DNA of 63,694 nucleotides, counting the filler, from Catajapyx aquilonaris (taxonomy: Eukaryota): the NCBI GenBank assembly GCA_000934665.2. It is 3 parts of 3 records of this genome, joined end to end, with 100 filler letters (N's around TTAATTAATTAA, not from the genome) between each part and the next. Parts side by side here need not be neighbours in the genome. Positions count along the whole stretch, not along the records: positions 42,503 to 63,694 come from JYFJ02006127.1; 2 more parts are not named here. One strand, given 5' to 3'. The notes under the pieces were generated by a model. That model worked only from the letters and a program-made list of their open reading frames with translations. It searched no databases and had not been told where the DNA came from. The position numbers and the translations under genes were made by a program. Below, piece after piece: positions 50,236-60,757 of this stretch; position 1 is the first letter of the stretch, and every line of letters starts with the position of its first letter.

Positions 50236-51432
50236 AAACAGGGCCTGATACTGTATAGGCTACTTCGAAAGCTACTTCATATGCATTTCGTTATGCACCA
50301 TATCAGATAACAAAATAGTAAGTAATGTCACAATTATTTTTTAAATGTACAGTGCTAGCTGGTCATTCAAAAAGGATGGCCTAGGCGACATACACCTAAA
50401 TAAGTTCAGAATCAATGCACGTTGGAAACATAGTCCTAGCTGCACAACTGCTTTTAGATTATTTTGACTGTGGGAGGAAACGTCACAGTCTATGTTAATT
50501 TGCGCTGATTTTTACGCAATTTATTTGATGGAATTATTATAATTAACAGTGAACGTAGGGCCCGGGTAGTATACTTGGAACAATGTTTCAGTGTCAAACT
50601 AAGTGCATTTTAGAAAAGGGTGGCGCAGTAAGTGAAATAATTGATATAAGCCATGACGACGTAACAAGCAGAACTAGGCCTATAGCAGAGCAAAATTTGG
50701 TGGAAAGTGAGTCACAGCCATTGTGTAATATAATCCATAATTAATCCAGTTTTCTGGCACGGCAATATTATACCGTACAGTCGCGGAATGTTTGAAAACA
50801 TCACACACACGGCCCAATGTAATATCAAGAGCTGGTAATATTAGGAGACTTCAAGCCTCGATTTGATACAGCTGATCAGATTGGATCAAGATCGATCTCA
50901 TTCGTCGGGGAACCCACTTATTTTTAAAGTGCCATTCAGTTTATGAGTATAATGTTTATTTCGCTGGCATACCATGATTGAAAGCACCGTACGGGTATAC
51001 CAGTCCTGTTTTAAATTTTCCATCACCATATATGAATATTGCATCTTACTCTAATTAAAATATATTATAGTTAAGTAAATAAACACGTCTGAATTTATTT
51101 CTGCTATTATTGCTATTATTGGCTGGGAACCACTGATGAGTAAAGGGGGGATATACGGTATGTAGGGATATAATTATACTCTACATGTATATAGGCTCCA
51201 AAAATGTTCTAAATTTTTCAATAGGCAGTACGAATATTGCTGCTTTTAATGCTGAATATTTGAAACATTTATTACACATATTTAATGGGAGGGCCCAGGT
51301 TGAGTATCATCGGGTTCTGAGCGCTCCTTTTCCTTCTATGGCCAGAACTATATGTATACATCACACTTATCTAGAGGGGCTAAAAACAAGAGGGGTTCAA
51401 GTGACAAAAAATAACGAGAAAAGTTATATAAG

Positions 51433-52111
51433 TTGGCGTCGTCCCAATGCCATCGATTCCAAGAGAGCTGAAGCAGCCCAATTGCAACTGGATACGGAGA
51501 CAGTGGTGCGACGTCTTCTGGTCAGGCGAATCGAAGTGTCTGATGTTCGGAACTGATGGAATGGCCTATATACGTTCATCGCCCCAACTGTGACCAGTTC
51601 TATCTCAAGCACTAGATGCTGACCGACAGGCAAGGCGGAGGATTCATGATATAGTCTGGGGCTGCTTCAGCTCTCTTGGAATCGATCTCCTGCACCGAAT
51701 TGTAGGTGTCTTGACCAAGTAGGTGTGCAGGGATATCCTCCAAGAAGTCATGTGGCCATATGCAAGGAGTGCTTTTGGCCAATCTGTACTGTACCAACAT
51801 GACAAAGACTGAGAGCATTCCTCCGCTCTCGTCCGCCCTTGGATGCATCGGATGCACCAGAGGAGGGTGGCCATAATGGACTGGCCAAGCTAATCTCCGG
51901 GCCCCAATCCGATCGAGCACTTTTATGGGAGGATCTGGTATGTCATCTGAAGAACAAAAGAGCATCCAGTACCACCGATAGGTACAAGCAACTGGTGGTA
52001 GAGTGGAAGAAGGTCCCACGATCGGTGTTGGACAAGTTGGTCGCCTCAATGCCTCGCAGATGTCAAACTGTCATCGACGCCAATGGTTACCAAACCAAGT
52101 ACAAGATGTGA
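51433..52111 (+). pseudogene. Tc1-family transposase C-terminal remnant (copy 2)
   Basis: LVVEWKKVPRSVLDKLVASMPRRCQTVIDANGYQTKY, a typical Tc1 C-terminus. Confidence 0.82.
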
Positions 52112-52334
52112 GTGATTAGTTTGTCTAGTTTTGTGGCATTTGGTTGAGTTTTCATAATGTTATATGGTTGTTTGAAGATTGTGTTTAATTTTAAAGTACA
52201 TGAAAAAATAAACAAAAAACATTGCTTATTTTTCTTCTATACTACAACGCAGAATTCTTCAAATCTTACACAATGCTGGTTTCGGGAGCTGGGTAACGGG
52301 TTCGTGTGTACTCAAATTACGGACAGACCTTTTA

Positions 52335-52482
52335 GGGCCAGTTGCACCGACCTCAGTATAACTTAGAACCTCGGGTATATCAAGAATTGCCATAGCAATC
52401 ATTGTTGGTCAACAATGATTGCTATGGCAATTCTTGATATACCCGAGTTTCTAAGTTATACTGAGGTCGGTGCAACTGGCCC
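52335..52482. mobile_element. 148-bp palindromic PIF/Harbinger-type MITE
   Basis: Near-identical to 14447-14594, with TTA TSD. Empty paralogous site at ~44250. Confidence 0.92.
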
Positions 52483-53510
52483 TTAGTTGTTTAAATGCAA
52501 AACGAATGTATTTACAAGAATGAAGTTACAGTTGCCAATACTAACAGATATTAACGTCGACTACGTTATCTCAGCTTTCTGGGGCCGGGCATATAGAGCC
52601 AGCCTTACGGGTATTTACGAAAGACTACTGTACAGTGCATGTGGCCAGTGTGAGTCACCTATCCCGTACGGCCGTACTAATAAAAGGGACTGCCTTTGAT
52701 TTGAGCATCGTGGATTTACTGTAGACCTATAATGGAAGTACTGTACCAGGCTGGCTAGCCAATTTGTCTCTACAGCCCCTCCATTCCCCATTTATTCATA
52801 TAAATAACACTTTTCATAACTGCAAAATATACGAAACAATTTCAACCCTGACGTCATCATCCACTGTAACTACACGTGCGGCCTATCGCAATAGGGGCTT
52901 GCCGGGTCTTGATGTGTCTCATGCATAGTACATAATATAGTGTTATGTATGCTACATGTGCGGCCTACCGCAATAGGGGGTTGCAACATTTGCTTGGAAC
53001 AGGATAATATACTGTTGCAAGCAGATGTTGCAAGCCCTTATTGCGATAGGCCGCCCGCATCAAGTCCCGGCAAAAGTGGCACAAGGTGCACAGGGCTACA
53101 AAAATATTGATGTTTGCTTTGATTTGTAGGTTGGATTACGTAGCCTATATACGTTAAACTTCTCGGTAATCACATGCCATTAATCATTGCGACATTTAAC
53201 AGATAGAAAAATGCTGAAAAATCAATCAAAAATATATATGTGGCTGCTACAGAATCACATTCCAAAGAATTCAAACTGTGCCGAATCGCATATTACAAAG
53301 GGAGAGGGAGAGGCGCGCCATGCTCCGAGTGACGCCATGCGGAGGTGGGGCTTGTTTACGTCTTGCGCAATGGCTGACATGGTAGACGTCATCTTGACTC
53401 AATTATTGGAGGCACAATTTGGGGACTTTCGGGATATGAATTTGGTATAGACTATAATATTGCATAATGACATATCGAAAGGCCTACGACGCGACGTGTA
53501 CTTCATCAAA

Positions 53511-54739
53511 ATGTTGCCTGGAGCTGTCTTTGACACACGTCGCGACATGATGCTGGCCATTCTTCAACTGCTGTTGGGCATACCACTGTTGGCAACTGGA
53601 TTGTCGATTGTCACTATAAATCGGGCCAGTGATGAGGCGACTGGACTGGTGTCATCCCTGGTGAAGCAAATCCATGGCGAAAAGAAGGACTGCCTCCTTG
53701 TGCTGGGCCACGACTACGAGAAGCTGCCCTGGGAGATGAGGTCTCTGTTGCAGCAAGTGTCCGACCAGGGAGGGGCCTCCGCGTCCATCCGGTGGACACG
53801 GGACACTCCTGCCCCGAAACCCAACACTGGAGGACAGGAAGGAGGCTTCGAGTACTGGTTCTCCTGGCTGGAGAGACCAACGTCCAGGTTCATCAGCACC
53901 TGCTCTCTCTTCCTCTTCGCCTACCACCAACCCAATCTGATGCCCCTGGTCAAATACGTCGCCAGCTTGGTCCGGATGAACCCCAGGTATGACCGGTTCG
54001 TCTTCTTCAGCCCTGATTCAGACGTGGACGATGCACTGACCAACACTGACTTGGACTTTCGCTTCAAGATGGGGCTCGCCTACGACCCAGCCTCGCAATA
54101 CCTGGCCATCAAAAACCTGTGCCAGTTTTGCGACAAGGGGAAAGCCAAAGTCATGGCACGAGGGAGGTACCCTGGTCATGGGGTGCCGGAGGAGTTTTTC
54201 CCTGACTACACCAAAGACCTGCATGGTATGCATATGAACATTTCTTTCTCACTGGAGGCAACCAAGGAAGACGTCGTGTTCATGGTTCAGGATGGCCAAC
54301 CTGTTATTCCATTCTTTCGTGCCTTTTTGTTAAGCAGCGACGTCCTCAACTACGACTGGCACATGGATAACTACCCTGAACCAGAAGGCACCCCCATGAT
54401 TCAACCGGACGGCAGCTACACCGGCTTGATCGGACCCCTGCAAAGGAAGGAGATAATGTTTAGTGCTATGTTCTGCTCAAGCGCGGCAGTCAAGGTGCTG
54501 GACTTCCCTACCTGCATGTACCTGGCCATCAACACCTACGCCATCCGAACCCCGAGACACCAGTTCTCCTGGACAGCCGTCTTCAAGCCGTACACCATGG
54601 GGATGTGGGCCTCCATCTTCGTCTCAGCCCTAGTGGTCAGCCTGGGTTTCTACCTGATGCTGAAGGTATCTCGATCCATTGGCAATCCTTTTCCTGGTGG
54701 CCAACGACACCCTGCGCATCTCAGCCTGTATTCATTGAG
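53511..54739 (+). CDS. Divergent IR gene 2, exon 1
   Basis: Paralogue of 46102-47327. Phase-2 donor AG|GTAGG. Confidence 0.9.
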
Positions 54740-54784
54740 GTAGGCTGAGTCATAATAATTACGCTTGGTGTTCTTCATTTAACG

Positions 54785-55215
54785 TTTTGACGTAAATACA
54801 TCTTTAAAATCCGGGTCTGTTATAGAAAAGCGTCACTGGCAGGGCCCCATGGCAGGGCTAAATTCGGATCCGCATAGGGGGCATGCAGGCAAACTCGAGC
54901 TTTACAGAAAAGCGTTGCAGTCTACTTTATCCGAGTCTGCTATATCCGAAGGGGCGTGTGAGTGTTACAGTCAGGACCCTCCCAGGGAGCCCCGCCAGGG
55001 GGCCCACGGCGGGGGCATGGAGGGAAATCATTATGAGGGTATAGATGAATGTGCCCAGATCAGTCCAGACTTTACCATGTATGCTGTGTCCAGACTTCAA
55101 TACTGATAATAAGCAATCAATTATTCACTCCCCCGATATACTGATCCGATTTTAAAGACTTATTCACGTCAAAAGCTGCGGCTTGTGTTCCCGACACAAC
55201 CTAATGTGATTTTTC
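54785..55215 (+). repeat. Dispersed repeat shared with 15465-15805
   Basis: Shared motifs plus an imperfect inverted pair TTTTGACGT..TCTTTAAAATC / GATTTTAAAGA..ACGTCAAAA. Confidence 0.7.
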
Positions 55216-55373
55216 TGTTTTTGTTTTGGTCGTATATATTCAGGAGAATAGCCACGAAATACCTCTGAAATTGTAGCCGGGGCCTGCACTAAGGAGCGGG
55301 GGTATACACTTGGAACAACATCGGGGCGACACTGCCCAACGCATGTCGGAGTTTTCTGAAAACCTCCGGAGAT

Positions 55374-55590
55374 TCTGAATATAAGTCAGTTCAAGACTCC
55401 TTTCGTGGCACATTGCGCCATCGTGCCCTTTGCTTGGGCCTTTGCTCTCGTGGTTTTCAATTGCGAGCTGTTGAAATTCAGATAGCCTAACAAAAAGAGA
55501 GATGAAGTCTTGAAGACCTCATCGAAATGAATAAGACAGCTGAAATAATAATTCGAAAGCTCAGTACTTCATATGAATAATATTAACACA
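55374..55590 (+). pseudogene. Remnant of an IR 3' end inside the IR2 intron
   Basis: TCTGAATATAAGTCAGTTCAAGACTCCTT...GACCTCATCGAAATGAATAAGACAGCTGAAAT aligns to the last ~45 codons and 3' UTR of both IRs, with indels. Confidence 0.85.
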
Positions 55591-55605
55591 ACTTAGCACA
55601 TTAGA

Positions 55606-55690
<85 letters not shown>

Positions 55691-55751
55691 GATGTTAATA
55701 TTAATGTTTTAATGTGATACCAATGTTCATTGTTATTAACGCCCTTTGTAG

Positions 55752-56526
55752 ATTCACCTTCTCTGCTCTGATCGAAGAGAATCCCAACCTCATTCCGACG
55801 GCCACTCCTGTTCGCGTATTGATATGCGTCTGGGCCCTGGTGTGTGACATCCTGGTTTGCGGATACGAGGCCAAGTTCTTTGCCTTTCTGGTGTCCCCTG
55901 AAGAGGAGAAGCTGCCAATGAGCATGAAGGAGCTGGCTTCGACTCCGGGATGGGAATGGGGGGTCATGGATATCGCAAGTGAGTACATCTCCACGACGCT
56001 CTCTCTGTCAGAAGTTGGCTACCACAGCGACATAAATGCGGGGATGCAGAAGGGCGCTGGGATGATCGAGTGTATCCAGAGAGCGATCCAAGAGAACTTT
56101 GCCTGCTTCTCTGTTGATGTCCTTCTGAATGCCATGAGTGTTCAGGAAATGGATCTGGATGGAATAATACCTGCCCAAACCATCCTTGACATGTCTCTGA
56201 CATGCTCTGGAGGTTACGCCACGATCAAGTATTCAGTCCTGGAGCACTCCTTTAAACGATTCGAGTATAATTTTGATAAGTCTGGGTTGTACCATCATTA
56301 TTACTTCTCTCTTTTTGAGTATTACTTGAAGTTGCTCTCCCTGAGATCGTCCCGAAAGAAAAACCTGTCTTACAAGACCTCGATGGCTCTGAATATAAGT
56401 CAGTTCAAAATGCCTTTGGTGGCCCATAGCACTATCATGACCTTTGCTCTCGTGGTCTTCATTTGCGAGCTGTTGAATTTCAGATACAACAAGAGAAATG
56501 AAGTCTTGAATACCTCATCGACATGA
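55752..56526 (+). CDS. Divergent IR gene 2, exon 2
   Basis: Acceptor TTTGTAG in phase. Paralogue of 49470-50235. Spliced product ~667 aa. Confidence 0.9.
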
Positions 56527-56666
56527 ATAAGACAGCTGAAATTCGACAGCTACTTCATATGCATATTAACACGCCTGAACACATTAGACCAGGGGTTCTT
56601 AAACTGTGGGGTACACCTCCCCGGGGGAGGTAGTGTGGACAGACTCCATGGAGTCTGTCCACACTT

Positions 56667-57934
56667 GGGCAATTCTACGTGAACGTGATCACCTTTTGCA
56701 CGAAAAAATTTGCCCGTCGATGAGTGTGAGATATGTTTAGGTCCAGGTCACGTTCGGACCTTTCCCACAAGGATTTGGTCCGCTGATGCGTTGTTGCCTC
56801 TCTACAGGCGCAAATTATTGTACTTTGATCACATTTACACGACAATGTAAATACTTGATGTGATACAAGTTTCATGTGTGAAATTGTCTCCTCTTTTCGA
56901 CAAAAATGCTAACTTCCTGACACATGTGCAAATTCGTGGCAAAAAGCGAGAATTTGCAAACAAATGGAATTTTCAAAACGAGAGCCAAAGTTAAATGCCA
57001 TCAGTCATCACATTGATATATAAAAAATTCCTCATAGTGTCCTCTATCAGCCATATACAAACGGAATTTTGGCATACGCAAGGGTTACGGAGTTATAATC
57101 ACTGACGTGGAGGGGTGCAGTAGTGCAATATATATTCCATTATAGTGAAAGCAAGGGGCCCGTATGGAGCCGCAAGGAATTCCGTACATGTCTCAACAGT
57201 GAACATTCATTTGGACTGTGACTAGGAACGAATAGAGGAATGAACATAAAAATAAAAAGTAGGCTACATGTTTCTCTATTCTAAATAATCAAGCACATTT
57301 TAACACACACTTGACACTTGTGAAAATTGAAACTTGGTTGAACATGACAAGGGAATTTTCATTTATTCTTACTATTATATGGTAAAATTTTTTGGAACTA
57401 TATTATTAAGTGAATTAAACACAAAGGACAAGCGTACACTACCTGAGACATGAAGACGGACCTATAGGTGGGCCGCTCCTTTTCATTCTGCGGGCATGGC
57501 CACTAGCGCAGCGCTCCAGGTCAGTACCTAGAGCTCCGTAACCATTTCGTATTCCAAAATTCCGTTTGTATCACTGGTAGAGGACACTGTGAGGTGTATT
57601 TTGATATCAATGTGATGACATTTGACTTTGGCTCTTTTTTGAAAATGTCATTTGTTTGCAAAAATGTCGCATTTTGACACGAATTTGCACAGCTATCGTA
57701 AAGTGACTATTTTTGTCGGAAAGAGGAGACAATTTCGGACATGAATGTAATAGGGGGGCGCCTCTAACTGCGATCCAAGTGTAATTAGCGCCTGTAGATA
57801 GGCAACCACGCATCGGCGGACCAAATCCTTGTGGGAAAGGTCCTAACGTGACCTGGACCTAAACATATCTTACACTCATCGACGGGCAAATTTTTTCGTG
57901 CAAAAGCGGTGATCACGTTCACGTGGAATTGCCC
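56667..57934. mobile_element. Non-autonomous element with ~400-bp TIRs (Sola2-like ends)
   Basis: GGGCAATTCTACGTGAACGTGATCACC / GGTGATCACGTTCACGTGGAATTGCCC, flanks ACTT/ACCT. Arm similarity extends to ~57095/57535. Confidence 0.82.
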
Positions 57935-58035
57935 ACCTGGGAGATTTGAATGTGTAGGCCTATTTGATGAAATTGGTAGCACTTTTTTCATGAAAGTGGA
58001 ATCTATCCCCCTATAAGAATTGCCTTATTTTTTGT

Positions 58036-58190
58036 GAGAGGAAACGGGAGAACCCCCGAGAAAACCCACGCGAACACGGAGAGAACCCATCGAAACTCTA
58101 TCCACATAAGCATACTCTGTCCGATCCGGCGATCGAACTCGGGACCTTACAGGTGGAAAGCTGCGGCGCTAACCACTCCGCCACCGTGAT
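58036..58190 (-). mobile_element. tRNA-derived SINE with V-domain-like body
   Basis: A box GGTGGCGGAGTGGTTAGCG, B box GAGTTCGATCGCC. The body GGAAACGGGAGAACCCCCGAGAAAACCCACGCGAACACGGAGAGAAC resembles the V-SINE domain. Confidence 0.75.
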
Positions 58191-58384
58191 GTCGCCCAAC
58201 AGATGACAGTATTGTTGCGGTACCATAAAGCCATACAGCATCACCTACACAAAGGGCAACTCCATCCCTCATGTTTCCGCGTCACTCAAATATGTCCACG
58301 TCAGCTACGGTATTATCAGCTATTATTATTAGCCTTAATGAATCATAGCATGCTGGATCCGCCTCATTGACATAATGTCATCCG

Positions 58385-58612
58385 GCAGCCTATGCCATGA
58401 CGATCAACAACTCGCAGGGCCAGATCAGCGCGTTAGCGTTTCCCTAGATGAACCTGTCGTCTCACCGCAATCATGGCCAGCTGTATGTGGCACTGTCCCG
58501 GTCTCGCAACCCAAGTCAGGTCAAAGTGTTCACTACTCCTACTGCTGAACGCGGAACATTGCTCTCCAACAACAGAGTGTTTACACACAATGATTGTATA
58601 TTGCGAGGTTTT
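58385..58612 (+). pseudogene. Helitron helicase C-terminal fragment
   Basis: AYAMTINNSQGQ and HGQLYVALSRSRNP motifs, frameshifted. Confidence 0.8.
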
Positions 58613-59139
58613 ATGAAAACTTTTCTCATGTCCGATTCAGGACGTGTAGCCTACAGTATGTCCATTAGGGCGGCTCGAAAAACACTTTTTTTCGAAAGTT
58701 GTAGTCGCTAGTGAAAAAAAGTTGTGTTGGGCGATCCTTTTAACAGGTAAAAAATCTGAGTCATGTGGGTTAATATCCTACGTCTCCGCCAGGGGCGTAA
58801 GTGACGCAACTTCCGGTTTTTAGTTTTTTGGTCTGCGAGTACACTTACCCGGCCTAAACATGAAAAGTTGCGGCCCGATGGGGGTGAAATGTCGTTATTT
58901 CTGCGATATCTTGCACCGTTGACGAGATATTGACAAAATCCCCAGGTTCAAAAATTACACCGTTCTGCAAAAAAAACACCCTCTTTCGCTCTTTTGAAAA
59001 CGTTTATGTGCTTTTTATGTATTTTGGGGTGCTGAATCCGAATCCGGCAACAGATTTGCTCTATCACGTACAGTTTTTGAGATATATCGTTTTAAAACTT
59101 TGGACGGTTTACTAGGGGTCTTTCCGAATCAAGTGGGCC

Positions 59140-60140
59140 TAAATGTTGCTAGACCGCCTTGGATCTTGGTGAAAATAATCAAAGATGTACTCATCTATTC
59201 CTTAACGCTGCCTATAAAAATTCAGCCATATTGCTCAATACTATGATGAGGGGGAAAATCGCAAACATCTGGAAATGACTAAGAATGAGGCCTTTTTTGG
59301 AAAAAAAAAAAAAAAACATTTTCGGTTAGTGCAAGTGATCAAACCCCAATGAACATATATATCAAAAGAAAGGGAAACACCAGGACAATGCGCCTATGGA
59401 ATTAGTATTCCACAAAAATGTAAAAATAAATTTTTATAGCATTTCATTTGTCACTTGCACAGTCACATGCCCAAGAATATATTGTGACCTCAACATGTTC
59501 TGCAGAAATATCCTATTTTGGATAAAGGTAGATGCACTATATAGATTAAGGTGTACTGAATCCAGATCTGAAGTCAGAATGGCTCTATCACGTACATATT
59601 TTGAGAAAACGCAAATTTTGGGAGATACGACACTTAAATCAAGAATTGTTGTTTTTCACAGTTGTCGCAGTGTATATCCAGGACTGCGTAAGGGTTTTCC
59701 CCGCAAGACTGCCCGAACCAGTGATATACGTTTTTGTATAAGTGTAAAAGGTACGAGAGGGAGTCGGCCAAGGACAGTCGATTATAATATTGTTGAGGTC
59801 ACAATATATTCTTGGGCATGTGACTGTGCAAGTGACAAATGAAATGCTATAAAAATTTATTTTTACATTTTAGTGGAATACTAATTCCATAGGCGCATTG
59901 TCCTGGTGTTTCCCTTTCTTTTGATATATATGTTCATTGGGGTTTGATCACTTGCACTAACCGAAAAAATGTTTTTTTCCAAAAAAGGCCTCATTCTTAG
60001 TCATTTCCAGATGTTTGCGATTTTACCCCTCATCATAGTATTGAGCAATATGGCTGAATTTTTATAGGCAGCGTTAAGGAATAGATGAGTACATCTGCGA
60101 TTATTTTCACCAAGATCCAAGGCGGTCTAGCAACATTTTT
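59140..60140. mobile_element. Long inverted repeat (~350-bp arms) in a non-autonomous DNA element
   Basis: 59140-59495 is a near-exact reverse complement of 59790-60140. Confidence 0.85.
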
Positions 60141-60502
60141 AGGCCCGTATTCATAATGGGCATTCTCAACCCGGGGTTGAGTAACCCCGGGTTGAGAGCG
60201 GGTTGGGGTTAACCCCGGGGTTGAGCCCGATCCGTATGCATAATGTCGAACATCCGCGGGGTTGAGTCGACTCCGCGTTCCAACCCCAGGGCTTACCAGG
60301 CTTGGAAACAGGCTTCCATATAGTGACGTCACACTGCCCAATACGGTACCGTATCGGACGCGACGCTAGCACTCTCACGCGGACGGGTCGCGAAACGGCC
60401 CTGTGCTTGGCAAATGAGTGAAAATAACTGGTGACTAACTTACTATTTAATTTCGAACGGTGGAATTTTCGTCATACTACTAGTTACAAGTAACTATAGT
60501 AA

Positions 60503-60750
60503 GGGAGACGGAGTGGCGCCGCGGTAACGCGTGCGCTCACGGAAGTTAAGGTCCCGGGTTCAATCCCCACCCGGGGTTCCCACCTTCTTTCGTGCAGAGT
60601 TGGGCCATCTCTGGCTTCGTTTCGGGTGGGAATTTCCGCTAGACTAACCCACCCGGGGGAGTTCACAAAATGAGCAATATACGACATTGCACTTGCACAT
60701 TGCACATCCCCTCCTAATTTATTACCCTTGGAGCAATCTAATACATATTT
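60503..60750 (+). mobile_element. tRNA-derived SINE head A, 3'-truncated
   Basis: Homologous to 4586 up to ACCCTTGGA, then replaced by (CTGT)n-starting sequence. Confidence 0.88.
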
Positions 60751-60757
60751 CAAGACC

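Larger units (their letters stand above)
42667..56570 (+). repeat. Tandem segmental duplication (42667-~50285 and 51362-~56565)
   Basis: Upstream flank, Tc1 remnant, hairpin and both IR exons are collinear between the two copies. Confidence 0.93.
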
